DNA of 60,172 nt, filler included. It is 7 parts of 7 records of this genome, joined end to end, with 100 filler letters (N's around TTAATTAATTAA, not from the genome) between each part and the next. Parts side by side here need not be neighbours in the genome. Positions count along the whole stretch, not along the records: positions 14,430 to 22,806 come from DRR723986_17912; positions 22,907 to 28,575 come from DRR723986_17920; 5 more parts are not named here. One strand, 5' to 3'. Numbering within the stretch: position 1 is the stretch's first letter; each line of letters begins with the position of its first letter. The position numbers and the translations under genes were made by a program. The notes below the pieces were generated by a model, which saw only the letters and a list, made by a program, of their open reading frames with translations, was not told the origin of the DNA and made no database searches. Positions 17,401-28,575 of the stretch are shown here, piece after piece.

Positions 17401-19558
17401 CCGTGATGCCATGCGAGAACTCGCCTGCAGTGCTCAGCGCGCCGCCGACATGATAGACCTCGACTTCGCCTCCGTTACCGCCGGCGGACCCTGAACCACC
17501 AACCACGAATATTCCCGCGCTGCCCGCGGCCGAGCCGCCGCCACCGCCGATGGACTGGGCCACGATCGCCACCGACGCATCGCCGCTGGTTGTCACGTTG
17601 TTGTTGTTGGTCGCATAAGCACGCGCGCCGTTGGAACCGGCGCCCGCTTGGCCGCCAATCGACAAGGTACCACCATCAACGCCCGCCACGCCGCCACCGC
17701 CGCTCAGCGACTGGACGATGATGCCGTTTGAGCCGTAGCCCCTGGTGACAATAACGCCCGTGTTGTTGACAATTGCCTGTTCGGCAGAACCGCCAGCACC
17801 GCCGTCACCGCCAAGCCCCAGGAAGAGCCCCGCGCCAATACCGCCTGTCCCGCCAGATCCACCAATGGACTGCGCGATGATGCCCGCTGCATAGTCACCG
17901 CTCGTGGTGACTGCGGAGCCGGATGAGAGTTCCACCTGTCCGGCATCACCACCGTTGCCGCCGTTTCCGCCGGACCCTGCCAGCACACCCGTAAAATTGT
18001 CTCCTGTGCCACCGCCGCCGCCCACGGAATGCAGCGTGATGCCGGAGGCAAAGTCACCGGCCGTGGTCACCGACCCCGAAGTGCTATAAAAGCCGACGTA
18101 ACCGCCATTGCCCCCAAGTCCGCCGGTCCCGGCATTGCCTCCGCCAAGCGCGCCGATGGATTGGCCCATGACACCGTAGGCCTCATCGCCGGAAGTCGTG
18201 ACCGAACCGCCAAGGCTCACCTGGATATCACCGCCGGCACCGCCTTTCCCACCGGTCGAGTCCGTATCGCCATCGCCGTCACCACCTGCGCCGCCTTCGG
18301 AGCGAGCGATCAACCCGGATATGCCGTCACCATCGGTCACGATCGTGCCGGAGGGATTGGCGGTGACGGTGCCAGCCGAACCGCCAGCACCGCCTGTGGC
18401 CTTGTTGGATGACTCGCCTCCAGCTCCGCCAATCGATATGCCAAGCAATGCAGCAGACTCGCCCTGGATCGGATTTTCTGTGGCCGAAGTATCTACGCGG
18501 ACTGAACCGTTGTTGTTGATGGTGACTGCCCCGCCGGACGCCCCCGCACCACCATCGTCGCTATTGTCATTCGACTCCGTTCCACTACCGCCCTCGCTGC
18601 GGGCATAAAGGCCAGCAACGCCACTGGAACCGGTTGCACGCTCGCTATAAAAAACGTTGACTGTCCCTTCGTTGGTTATGGTGACGGACCCGCCTTGACC
18701 ACCAGGACCGTTGTCGTCACCACCGGTCCCTCCCTGGCTCACCGCTTCAATGGCACGGCCCACATTTTCACCGGACACGGGTGCGCCATCGCTGCCGAAC
18801 GAGATGGTCCCGCTCGCCGAATTCGTCACCGAGACGGTATTCCCGTCACCAGCCTGACCGCCATACTGATCACCGATCACCAGGCTTGAATTTTGGTCGC
18901 CGCCGGCGCCACCGTTGCTGTGCGCGCGTATGCCCCGAAGTTCTGCGTTGACGTCCTGCGTTGCGGATGGGTCGATTATGATGCTGGCATTGTTGGTGAT
19001 GGTCACGGTGCCGCCGTTAGCACCCGAACCTCCGGTACCATTGTCGTCCGGCGTCGTGCCACTTCCGCCCGTGCTGAGGATCTCGATAGGTGCGATTTCA
19101 GTGACCGTGTCTTGCTGAGATGCGGTGCCCGTTGCTGTGATGTTGCCATTGTTGATGACCGTGAGTGCCGGCCCGACAACGCCGTTTACTCCATTATCGG
19201 TAGTTCCGTTCAAGCCGAAGAAATGAAGATACAGCTCATTGCTGTTTTGGTCATAGCTGGCAGCGTCAGTGTTCTGCGAGAGCGTCGCATTGTTTTCGAG
19301 TGTCATCGAGACACCGGACACAAAACCGTACTGGACGATCGAGACACCGCTTGTGGTGCCTGTGTCCAAGGTGCAGTTCACCGGACCGTTGTTGGGTACG
19401 GGATATGTACAATCATTGGCGTGGCCAGGGAGTGCATAAATGAGAGCAAGCACAGATGTTGAAACCAACATTCCTTGCTTGGCTGCACAGGCGCGAACGT
19501 TGCTCTTGTTCTTGTCGTTATCGTCAAAACGGCGAGCGGACAGCATGCGACACATCAT
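14430..19558 (-). CDS. Very large Gly-rich repetitive surface protein, autotransporter passenger-like (3' truncated by gap)
   Basis: >1700-aa open frame, extended signal peptide ending GHA-N, about 20 T-x-G...QS(I/V)GGGGG-type repeats. A beta-barrel is not visible because of truncation. Confidence 0.82.
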
Positions 19559-19643
19559 TTAAGGGAACTCCGGAAACAAAATTCAGTCGCACAGGCGTGG
19601 GTCGGTTATGCGAAGCCTCAATGCGCAATCCATTTCATTTCGG

Positions 19644-19694
19644 TCGAACACACTGCAAGTTTGGATCGATGAATTGACAAAAACACTCGACGAA
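19644..19694. promoter_or_regulatory. Candidate LytTR binding direct repeats
   Basis: TCGAACAC (19644), TCGATGAA (19666), TCGACGAA (19687): 22/21-bp period in the divergent intergenic region. Confidence 0.55.
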
Positions 19695-19840
19695 ACAGCA
19701 TTTTCAGCATTGCTTGAAGGTACCGTGAGCGCCCTTTGAGTTGACTGCCGCGCAATTACCTCGCATGCTCGCCCGGCGCGTGCGCAGTACGTAGAACTGC
19801 GGATCCTCTTTTTCGACCCCACGTGAGAACAAACCGACCG

Positions 19841-20953
19841 ATGCGCGGTGCTCAATTGAAGAACGATCCCTGGGACAACTCGCTGGCGCCTGCAGACGAA
19901 TATGAATTCGACAACCCTGGAACAGCGCTACTGGAAGTTGGCTTTCCTCTCCTGAAAGCACATACGACCGCGTGGCTCTTCCTCGCTTCGATTGGGTTTC
20001 TCGCCCGCGTCGTGCTTTACAACGATACGCTTCTCGCCGTGCAGATGACGCTGACGTTGGACTCTCTCGGTTTCTTGATGACCGCTGGTTTCCATATGAC
20101 CGCTGTCCGCCTTGGGGTCGTCAGGATAAGCCCTCGTTTCGCGTTCTTTGGCTTTACTTTCTGCGTCGTTGCCGCTGGCGTTCAGATGTTGATCGGCGGA
20201 GGGATCCTCGCCTCTTTCGAAAAGACATTGCCTTGGCGCGATGGCGGCGTTGCCGCGATCCCTGGCGCCTATTATTTCGCAATTTTTGTGTGCTGGTTTT
20301 CGCTCTACGCCTGGATGATTTCCTGGAGCAAGGCACGCGCTGCTGAAACCCGCCGCATCCTCGCGGAAACCAATGCAACACGTGCCGAGTTGCATCGTCT
20401 GCGTACTCAGCTCGACCCGCATTTTCTTTACAACACGCTGAACACGATTGCGGCGGAGATCCACTATAATCCAGACGGCGCGCTTGAAATGATCCGCAAC
20501 ACCGCAGCTTTCCTGCGCCATAATCTGGAGGAACATCAGCGCCCGGTCTGTTCTCTCGCCGAAGAGATCGATAGTTTGCGCACCTATCTCAGGATCCAGG
20601 AAGGCCGGTTCGAAGTGTCATTTCTGATGGGCCTCGATGTCACTCCTTTTGCGGCACAACACCTGTTGCCCCGATGGACCCTCCAGCTACTGGTTGAGAA
20701 CGCCTTCAAGCACGGCTACACGTCGGACCTGAACCTCCGAGTTTCGGCACACAAGGACGATAAGGGTCTGCTCCTGCAGGTTCGAAACGCAGGTCAACTG
20801 ATTCCGGGCAAGACCGATACGGGCATTGGCCTCTCAAATTTACAGCGCCGCCTCGACCTGCATTTCCCGAACCGTCACCGATTTCAGTTGCGTCATGATG
20901 GAGACGATGTTGTTGCAGAGCTCACGCTCTCGGGTGAACCATGCTTCGCGTGA
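19841..20953 (+). CDS. LytS/YehU-family sensor histidine kinase
   Basis: About 4 TM helices, LRTQLDPHFLYNTLN, LQLLVENAFKHG, TGIGLSNLQRRL. Start uncertain (19823/19841). Confidence 0.9.
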   Translation: MRGAQLKNDPWDNSLAPADEYEFDNPGTALLEVGFPLLKAHTTAWLFLASIGFLARVVLYNDTLLAVQMTLTLDSLGFLMTAGFHMTAVRLGVVRISPRFAFFGFTFCVVAAGVQMLIGGGILASFEKTLPWRDGGVAAIPGAYYFAIFVCWFSLYAWMISWSKARAAETRRILAETNATRAELHRLRTQLDPHFLYNTLNTIAAEIHYNPDGALEMIRNTAAFLRHNLEEHQRPVCSLAEEIDSLRTYLRIQEGRFEVSFLMGLDVTPFAAQHLLPRWTLQLLVENAFKHGYTSDLNLRVSAHKDDKGLLLQVRNAGQLIPGKTDTGIGLSNLQRRLDLHFPNRHRFQLRHDGDDVVAELTLSGEPCFA

Positions 20954-21663
20954 TTGTCGTTGATGATGAACCACCGGCGCGGCGTCTTCTGAGCCGCATG
21001 TGCAAAGCCCATGATGCTGTGGAAGTGGTCGGCACGGGCGCTTCGATGGCGGAAGCCAAAACACTGCTGGAAACGCACGCTCCTGATGCAGCCTTCCTCG
21101 ACATAAACCTCGGGGTGGGTAAACCAGACGGTTTTGCGATACTGCGTGCGGATGAAAATCCGTACGATTTTGTTTTCGTCACCGCACATGCAGATCATGC
21201 AGTACGTGCATTTGACCATGGAGCGGCGGATTATTTGCTGAAACCGGTCGAGCCCGAGCGCCTTGAGCGGGCCATCGATCGCCTTATCGTACGGCAAAGG
21301 GAGCGGCGTGCGGTCTCCCCAGGTGCCAGTGACGAACGCATAGCGATCCGTGTCGATGGTGCGACGCAGTTCTTGTTGTTCAATGAAATTGCGATGCTGC
21401 AAGCGGAAGGAGATTACACACGGGTTCATCTGACGCGTGGCCGTGAGATCCTTGTGAGCCGTCGATTGGGCCAGTTTGAAGTCGAGATCGAACACCGCGA
21501 ACTGGTGCGTATCTCACGTTCGATAATCATAAACAGCAGCACCATTGAGGCCATCAAACACGACGCTGGTGGCAAACAGGCAGTCACATTACGCGGTCAA
21601 ACCGAACCCGTGATCATCGGTCGAACCGCCGCCCGACGCCTGCGCGCCTGGTCCAAAAGTTAG
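20941..21663 (+). CDS. LytTR-family response regulator
   Basis: VVDDEPPAR, FLDI, FVTAH, DYLLKP, then LytTR domain AEGDY..RISRSIIIN. Overlaps the kinase stop. Confidence 0.92.
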   Translation: MLRVIVVDDEPPARRLLSRMCKAHDAVEVVGTGASMAEAKTLLETHAPDAAFLDINLGVGKPDGFAILRADENPYDFVFVTAHADHAVRAFDHGAADYLLKPVEPERLERAIDRLIVRQRERRAVSPGASDERIAIRVDGATQFLLFNEIAMLQAEGDYTRVHLTRGREILVSRRLGQFEVEIEHRELVRISRSIIINSSTIEAIKHDAGGKQAVTLRGQTEPVIIGRTAARRLRAWSKS

Positions 21664-21885
21664 CAAATTCAGGCGTTTTGTTGCGCCTTCTGTTTGCGAA
21701 CGCGTGAGGCTGGTTTTTGTCTTCATGCCGGCCGCACAACGTTTCGTGACCAGATTCCCAAACCGTACGTTCGCAGCGCCGTGAACAAATCATCTATTTT
21801 CCGATGTAGCGTGCCTTTCAATGCAACCTAGGGAAGGTCTAGTGTCGACTTTCGTTTGCTCATTCCCTCAACTAAGTCGGTTTCG

Positions 21886-22689
21886 ATGGCATCAATCACC
21901 AATAAGAATATCACGGCGGCAAATCGGGCTGCATGGAATGCTTCGGCGCATTTGCACGCGGAAGGAGACCATTGGGAGCAACTTCTTGAACGCGCGGCTT
22001 ACCCAGGTTTCTCAGTTCTCGATCCAACTTTGACCGCTATTCTGGGTGGGTTGGACCTGACGGGAAAATCTGCTGTACAAATCGGCTGCAACAATGCTCG
22101 AGAGTTGATTTCGCTCGCTTCCTTAGGCATCCGCCCTGAACTGGGGATCGATCAAGCGAGCGGCTTTCTTGTTCAAGCCAAACGACTTGCTGATACTGCG
22201 GGCCTCGACCTCCGCCTGCTTGAAGCGGACATCTACGACTTGCCTCCGGACGTCGGCCAATTCGACCTCGCTCTCATTACCATCGGTGTTCTTAACTGGA
22301 TGCCCGACTTGCCAGAGTTTTTTCGCGTCACGTCTGGCTTGCTTGTGTCTGGAGGAAGGTTGGTCATCTATGAAACGCACCCATTCCTCGAGGTTTTTGA
22401 CCCAGTTAGCCCCACCCCATTCGAGCCAGCTTTCAGCTACTTCGATCGTCGGCCGCAGGAAGTCACCCAAGCAATTACCTATGACGGCAAGAACCACGGT
22501 GAAGGCGAGATGGGGTTTTGGTTCATTCACCCACTCGGTGAGATCGTGACGGCCTGTGTACAAGCAGGGTTAGGAATAAAGGTATTAAGGGAATATGGGC
22601 ACACCGTCCGGGAACCGGAGTATGACCTCTATGAGGGCCGCTCCGCACAGATTCCTATGAGTTACTGCCTGGTGGCTCAAAAAGCTTAG
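21886..22689 (+). CDS. Class I SAM-dependent methyltransferase
   Basis: ANRAAWN, QIGCNNARE, GIDQA, FDLALITIGVLNWMPDL, GGRLVIYETHP. Confidence 0.85.
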   Translation: MASITNKNITAANRAAWNASAHLHAEGDHWEQLLERAAYPGFSVLDPTLTAILGGLDLTGKSAVQIGCNNARELISLASLGIRPELGIDQASGFLVQAKRLADTAGLDLRLLEADIYDLPPDVGQFDLALITIGVLNWMPDLPEFFRVTSGLLVSGGRLVIYETHPFLEVFDPVSPTPFEPAFSYFDRRPQEVTQAITYDGKNHGEGEMGFWFIHPLGEIVTACVQAGLGIKVLREYGHTVREPEYDLYEGRSAQIPMSYCLVAQKA

Positions 22690-22806
22690 CATTGCCAGAG
22701 GCCTATAACCACCATTCTTGGCATGCGCCATTTAATACTGAGTGCTCTTAGCACACTTTCGCAATGAGAGATCCAAACGAATGCAAATCGGTATGGCGAT
22801 AGCTGA

Positions 22807-22906
22807 NNNNNNNNNNNNNNNNNNNNNNNNNNNNNNNNNNNNNNNNNNNNTTAATTAATTAANNNNNNNNNNNNNNNNNNNNNNNNNNNNNNNNNNNNNN
22901 NNNNNN
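22807..22906. other. Artificial contig spacer
   Basis: N-run with TTAATTAATTAA. Confidence 0.98.
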
Positions 22907-22929
22907 GCAGGCGCAGGGGCGAAGCGCTC
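22907..22929. repeat. Partial alpha-type structured repeat at contig start
   Basis: AGGGGCGAAGCGCTC is the reverse complement of GAGCGCTTCGCCCCT at 6898. Confidence 0.65.
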
Positions 22930-23005
22930 AAGCAAGTCAGGCTGCAAGCGCTGCCTGAAAGGATTTTCAGTCCACTACAGCAGGATGGCGAACGCTTTAA
23001 AACAC

Positions 23006-23034
23006 AAAAACCGACGAAGTTTATTCATCGGTTT
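23006..23034 (-). terminator. purH intrinsic terminator
   Basis: Minus strand AAACCGATGAA-taaac-TTCGTCGGTTTTT, ~55 nt after the purH stop. Confidence 0.6.
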
Positions 23035-23090
23035 CCGGTTTAAAATGAGGTCAATCGGCTAAAGATGTTAACACAGCCGATAAAGTGGAC

Positions 23091-24644
23091 TTAGTGACGG
23101 AAGTGACGGCGGCCGGCAAAGACCATGGCCACATCGTGCTCGTCGGCAGCGGCAATAACTTCCTCGTCGCGAATTGAACCGCCCGGCTGGATAACACAGC
23201 GTGCACCGGCTTCAACAGTTTGCAACAGGCCATCAGCAAATGGGAAAAATGCGTCCGAGGCCACGGCGGCGCCCTGGAGGCTTAAGCCAAAACGCTGCGC
23301 CTTGGCGGCCGCAACACTGGCTGAATCCACGCGCGACATTTGCCCGGCACCCACCGATAAAACACGGTCGGCAGCTGCATACACAATTGCGTTGGACTTA
23401 ACATGTTTACTTACGCGCCAGGCGAACATCAGAGCCTGCATCTCCTCATCGCTGGGAGCGCGTTTGGTAACAACTTTCAGGCCATCTGGATCGATTAACT
23501 CATTGTCGTAGGACTGCATCAGGAATCCGCCGCTGATGCTGCGAAATTCTACTTTGAGCTCTTCGCGCAATTTGTTTAAGTCCAACTGAATTAAACGGCG
23601 ATTCTTTTTCTTGCGCAGCAACTCCAGAGCTTCCGGCGAATACGAGGGCGCCAGAAGAACTTCAGTGAAAATCTTGTCAACAGCCTGCGCAGCTTCCAGG
23701 TCCAGCTCGCGGTTAAAGGCAATGATTCCGCCAAAGGGCGATTGCGTATCCGAAGCAAATGCACGTGCGTAGGCTTCGCTCAGGTTTGCGCCAATCGCGG
23801 CACCGCAGGGGTTCGTGTGTTTAATAATGGCTGCGCCCGGCTCATCAAACTCAAGAATGAGGCGCGAAGCGGCGTCCATGTCAACAATATTGTTGTACGA
23901 GAGAGCTTTGCCGTGCAGCTTGGAATAGATTTCGTTAAAGTGGCCAAACAGTGCGGCTTCCTGATGCGGGTTTTCTCCATAACGCAGCTTTTGCTGACGG
24001 CGGCCGCCAATGCTCATCTCGGGGCGCTCGATTGGTGACGCTCCGGTAGCACGTGTTAAGTAGTCGGCAATCAGGCTGTCGTAACGCGCCGTGTGTGCAA
24101 AGGCTTCGCGAGCCAGATCCATGCGCAAGGCTTCAGTGACGGCGCCATCGTTCTCATCGAGCATTTCGAGGAGGCCGGCATAACGCTCCACGTTGGTTAC
24201 AACTGCCGTCCAGCGATAGTTTTTGGCCGAGGCGCGCACCATGGCCGGGCCACCGATGTCGATATTCTCGACGATCTCAGCGTGCGCCGAACCCTTGGCA
24301 ATTGTTTGCTCAAAAGGATACAGGTTGCAGACCAGCAGGTCGATCGACTCGATGCCATGTTCCTGCATTTGCCCCTGATGGGCTTCGTTATCGAGCAGGG
24401 CCAGCAGCGCTCCGTGCACGCGCGGGTGCAGCGTTTTAACGCGACCGTCCATGACTTCCGGAAAACCGGTCACATCGGAGATTGAACGAACTTCCACGCC
24501 GGCTTCGCGCAGCTTGGCCGCGGTTCCACCGGTAGAAATAATTTCAATGTTGCGTTGGCGCAGTCCCTGAGCCAGTTCAACAATACCAGTTTTGTCGGAC
24601 ACGCTGAGCAGTGCGCGACGGATGCGATAGGAATCCGGATGCAT
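23091..24644 (-). CDS. purH: Bifunctional AICAR transformylase / IMP cyclohydrolase
   Basis: [58 protein letters not shown]. Confidence 0.97.
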   Translation of the reverse strand: MHPDSYRIRRALLSVSDKTGIVELAQGLRQRNIEIISTGGTAAKLREAGVEVRSISDVTGFPEVMDGRVKTLHPRVHGALLALLDNEAHQGQMQEHGIESIDLLVCNLYPFEQTIAKGSAHAEIVENIDIGGPAMVRASAKNYRWTAVVTNVERYAGLLEMLDENDGAVTEALRMDLAREAFAHTARYDSLIADYLTRATGASPIERPEMSIGGRRQQKLRYGENPHQEAALFGHFNEIYSKLHGKALSYNNIVDMDAASRLILEFDEPGAAIIKHTNPCGAAIGANLSEAYARAFASDTQSPFGGIIAFNRELDLEAAQAVDKIFTEVLLAPSYSPEALELLRKKKNRRLIQLDLNKLREELKVEFRSISGGFLMQSYDNELIDPDGLKVVTKRAPSDEEMQALMFAWRVSKHVKSNAIVYAAADRVLSVGAGQMSRVDSASVAAAKAQRFGLSLQGAAVASDAFFPFADGLLQTVEAGARCVIQPGGSIRDEEVIAAADEHDVAMVFAGRRHFRH

Positions 24645-24713
24645 TATGTATTTCCCACTTTTGTTCGCATGGAACACAGAACGCCTGCCGGGCAGGCCAA
24701 AACAAGGAGTATT

Positions 24714-26066
24714 TCACGATTGCGGTTGTTGATTAAACCACCGCAAAACTTCTTCGGCAAGGAAAAATGAGCCGGCGGAAAGCGCGTCACGCCCTGCCTG
24801 TTCAATCTGGCGCATTGCCGCACCGACGGAGTCCGCCACCTGCGCATCTTCGAATCCAACTGCGGATGCGATCCGGCAAATTTCGGCCGGATCACTGGCG
24901 CGCGGATTATCGGGCAGCGCTACCGCGTAGATGCGGCGCACAAAGGGACGCAGTGCGGCCAACATTTTATCGATTTCCTTATCCTGCATCATTGCCGTTA
25001 CCAGGTCAAAACTGTGTGGCTTGCGGCCGGCAGTTTCGAGTGTTTGGCAGAGCTGCTCAAATGCAGCCGTGTTGTGCGCCACGTCCATCACAACGGTATT
25101 GGGCTGCCGCCGCAGAACTTCCAGACGCCCACGCAGTCCCGTGTTGGCCCGCAAATTTTTGATGCCACGACGCACGGCGGAATCGTTCCAACGCCAGATA
25201 TCGAGGTACATCAGAGCAGTCAGTGCCGTTCGCAAATTATCGACAAAGTGTTTGCCGACGGGCAGCCCCAGCAGGTTTGGCAGCGCACGCTCACCGATTT
25301 TCACGTTCACGAGCATTTGCAGGTCGGCACTGATTTCCGCTTGCGGCGGCGCTTCGGAGTAGTCGATCTGGACATGGCGTGCACCGACGGCAATACTGCG
25401 TTGCTGCATCAGATGCTGCAATCCGGTTTGGCGCACGCCACTAATGGCAGTCGTGCCGGCTTTGATGATCGCGGCTTTCTCGCTGGCTATCGACTCCAGG
25501 TCTTCGCCCAGCACACCAACGTGGTCGCGGCTGATCGATGTAATGATGGACATGATTGGCTGCACGACGTTCGTCGAATCCAGCCGGCCGCCCAGTCCAG
25601 TCTCAAGCACAACAACATCTACCTTGCAGTCGGCAAAGTGCCGCAATGCCATTGCCGTCGTAGTTTCAAAGAAGGTTCCACCAATGCGGCGCGCCTCAGG
25701 CATCAGCATTTTTGCGTAATGCGCTATTTTTTGATCACTGATTTTCCTGCCGTTGACGCGAATTCGTTCACCAAATTCGAGTATATGCGGCGAGGTATAC
25801 AAGCCAACCGATAGTCCGGCTTCCTGCAAAACCGACGCAATTATAGAAGAAACGCTGCCTTTTCCGTTGGTTCCGGCAACATGTATGCAGGTAAGTTCGT
25901 CCTGAGGCCTGTCGCAAAACTCCAACAACGCGGTGATATTGTCCAGCCCCGGGCGCATCCCGAACCTGCGGAAACCATACAACTCCTGCAGTACAGCTTC
26001 AAGCGCCGGATCTTTAATCGCCATGTCTTGAGTCGCCAGTGGGGCCTTATCGGTAGTTTGTTCCAT
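24714..26066 (-). CDS. folC: Folylpolyglutamate synthase / dihydrofolate synthase
   Basis: IHVAGTNGKGS, GLYTSPH, ETGLGGRLDSTN, DVAHN. Confidence 0.95.
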   Translation of the reverse strand: MEQTTDKAPLATQDMAIKDPALEAVLQELYGFRRFGMRPGLDNITALLEFCDRPQDELTCIHVAGTNGKGSVSSIIASVLQEAGLSVGLYTSPHILEFGERIRVNGRKISDQKIAHYAKMLMPEARRIGGTFFETTTAMALRHFADCKVDVVVLETGLGGRLDSTNVVQPIMSIITSISRDHVGVLGEDLESIASEKAAIIKAGTTAISGVRQTGLQHLMQQRSIAVGARHVQIDYSEAPPQAEISADLQMLVNVKIGERALPNLLGLPVGKHFVDNLRTALTALMYLDIWRWNDSAVRRGIKNLRANTGLRGRLEVLRRQPNTVVMDVAHNTAAFEQLCQTLETAGRKPHSFDLVTAMMQDKEIDKMLAALRPFVRRIYAVALPDNPRASDPAEICRIASAVGFEDAQVADSVGAAMRQIEQAGRDALSAGSFFLAEEVLRWFNQQPQS

Positions 26067-26148
26067 GCGGGCAGGCTATTATCCACGCCATTGAGTTTGC
26101 GGCGCCACACAAATAATTGTTGAATTCCTCTAGCAAGCCTGCAAATTT

Positions 26149-26736
26149 ATGAAAATTCTCGCAGTACTGGCGAGTCCACGCCAAACGTCTTTGTCCGAAG
26201 CCGCCCTGCATCATTGTAGTGAGGTTGCGCACGATCTGGATACGGAATTTGAGATTCTGGATTTGCGCAAAGTTCCCTTGCCGCTCTACGCGCCGGACAG
26301 TGCAACTCAGGCTGAAAACTTTGCGCACATTCACCAAATGGTCGATGCGGCCGACACTTTGATTTTGGCGACTCCCGACTACCACGGCTCGATGTCGGGC
26401 ATGCTCAAAAACTTTCTGGATTACTTCTGGACTGAGTTCGCCGGCAAAACATTTGGCTACATTTGTGCTTCGCACGAAAAAGGCCTGACGGCGATGGATC
26501 AGATTCGTACGGTTGTGCGCCAGTGTTACGGCTGGTCCCTGCCCTATGGCGTGGCTATCTGCAACGAGGATATCAACGATCAGCATAAAATCGTCAAACA
26601 GGACAAACAGGCGCGACTGGAAATGTTTACACGCGACCTGGTCGTGTACGGTCGTTTGCTTATGCAACAGCGCAAACAAGATTTGGCGAGCGCGGACACG
26701 CGAACTTTTATGGCACGTTACCGCCCCAAGCATTAA
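26149..26736 (+). CDS. NADPH-dependent FMN reductase
   Basis: ASPRQTS, ATPDYHGSMSGMLKNFLD. Confidence 0.88.
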   Translation: MKILAVLASPRQTSLSEAALHHCSEVAHDLDTEFEILDLRKVPLPLYAPDSATQAENFAHIHQMVDAADTLILATPDYHGSMSGMLKNFLDYFWTEFAGKTFGYICASHEKGLTAMDQIRTVVRQCYGWSLPYGVAICNEDINDQHKIVKQDKQARLEMFTRDLVVYGRLLMQQRKQDLASADTRTFMARYRPKH

Positions 26737-26862
26737 TCGTCTGCAGTTTAACATGTCAACCAGATTGTTAAACAATTCTGGCTTACAGCAGGCAAGTTTA
26801 ATCATTCCATTTAACACTCAGAATAAACTTCCTCATTGAATTCATACAGAAAAGGACACATT

Positions 26863-27420
26863 ATGGCAGCAGTAGAATCAGTCATGCTTCCCCTGGGCAC
26901 CAAGGCGCCCGACTTCACTTTGATGAATGCAAGCAATGGCAGCCAAGTCGACCTCAATGGCGCAAGTGGTGAACGCGCAACAGTCATAATGTTCATCTGC
27001 AACCACTGCCCATTTGTTAAACATCTGATCAGTCAGGTGGTGGACGCTGCCAATGATTACAGTGCCAAAGGTGTTAATTTTATTGCCATCAGCTCCAACG
27101 ATGTTGTCAACTACCCTGAGGATTCCCCTGCAAGAATGCGCGAGTATGCGGAAGCCGGAAACTACCCTTTCCCATATCTCTACGACGAGACGCAGGCTGT
27201 AGCCAAGGCCTATCAGGCCGTCTGCACTCCTGACTTTTTCATTTTTGATGCAAACCTGGAATTGGCCTACCGCGGTCAGTTTGACGACAGTCGCCCTGGC
27301 AACGGCAAACCAATCAATGGCGCAGACATTCGTGCAGCTCTGGATGCGATGGTAGCCGGCAATCAACCGTCGGAACATCAGAAGCCAAGCATTGGCTGCA
27401 ATATCAAGTGGAAGAATTAA
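26863..27420 (+). CDS. AhpC/TSA-like thioredoxin-family protein
   Basis: LGTKAPDFTL, MFICNHCPFV, AVCTPDFF, YRGQFDD, PSIGCNIKW. Confidence 0.92.
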   Translation: MAAVESVMLPLGTKAPDFTLMNASNGSQVDLNGASGERATVIMFICNHCPFVKHLISQVVDAANDYSAKGVNFIAISSNDVVNYPEDSPARMREYAEAGNYPFPYLYDETQAVAKAYQAVCTPDFFIFDANLELAYRGQFDDSRPGNGKPINGADIRAALDAMVAGNQPSEHQKPSIGCNIKWKN

Positions 27421-27430
27421 TATTTGGAGT

Positions 27431-27466
27431 CACTCCCGTAGTGTTTATCTGCGGGAGTGCAATTTT
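27431..27466 (+). terminator. Terminator-like hairpin
   Basis: CACTCCCG..CGGGAGTG then CAATTTT, just after the stop codon. Confidence 0.5.
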
Positions 27467-27716
27467 CAGGCACCGCGAACGTTAACATTTCGCCTCATGT
27501 TATTTTGCGAAAACTGGCACTCTTTTGAGCACCAATCACATCACATATTCGGTCGGCGCACACATGCGTCAGCATTGATTTCTGCTTCCCACCAAGAGTA
27601 CCTGGATCCAAGTTAAACCGCGCCGCTAAGTCATAATACGTCACACCTTCAACAATTGTCGTCCTCAGGTAAAATCTTAGTACTTTAACTCCACGTCATA
27701 TCAGACTTGCATTTAA

Positions 27717-27771
27717 GAGCACTTCGCCGTCGCTGGACAGCTTCCGGCTTGTTTTTTTTTCTTTTTGTTAA
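27717..27771. repeat. Dispersed structured repeat, beta-type end
   Basis: GAGCACTTCGCCGTC-GCTGgaCAGC-TTCCGGCTTG-T-tract-CTTTTTGTTAA, the reverse-complement match to 7993-8045. Confidence 0.82.
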
Positions 27772-28575
27772 CTATTGATTCATTAGCTAAAGTTAAGCGA
27801 ACCCAAGTTCTCTTTTACGTCGAGTCATTCAGCCTGAGAATGTTTAGTCTTCGGCATTTTCAATTGTGCATTCACAATGTTTCTCTTTGGCCTCCTACGC
27901 ACAAGCGAATGAATATACAGCCCCGAAAGCAGGAGCCGCTTTTGTGTGAGACTGCAGATACCCGTACAGATTGATCTATGCGCATACACCTACAGTCATT
28001 AAGACTATTTGCTATTAAACTTTGAGATTAGAATGCCCCAATAATCCAGGGTTGACGATTGGCTGCGTCAGGCCCATGATTTTTTCATCAGACATCTTGA
28101 CTAATTAAAGCAGCCACTCGCAGTGCCTGCAGCCCCCTTGTTCCTTTTTGGTTCCAGTGAAGAGCAGTCTACTTCACAGAGCAGTATCGGACTGCGAACA
28201 AGATTACGGCACATTCGTGTAAGCGATCAACAAGTCGGAAGGTGTGAGTATAGAAATTGCAGAAGAACAGGCGCGTTGGGTCCAACCTGGAGTGAGAATA
28301 TTGTGTTTAACTGGCAACTGCGCGACACGTTCCAATTTTGACGTTTTGTTTGGTGGTTGCGGCATGTGGGTGTTGTGCTCTTAATTAACGGCTCATAAAA
28401 TGTCAGGCTGAGCGCTGCCGAATGTTGGCCAGTCAAAGCTCTGCTGGGCGAGCTTTGCGCCAGGCGGTCGGATCCAAGGCATAAAACTTGATGAGTGTTT
28501 TTATGTGGTTGAGTGGGCAGTAAAACAGATTAAACGGACTCCTGTGAGAAATCAATGGGCCCCCACCCCCGGCCA

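Noticed and set aside
24645-24713. ZTP (pfl) riboswitch ahead of purH
   Set aside because: Only ~70 nt separate folC and purH, and I do not recognise the motif there.
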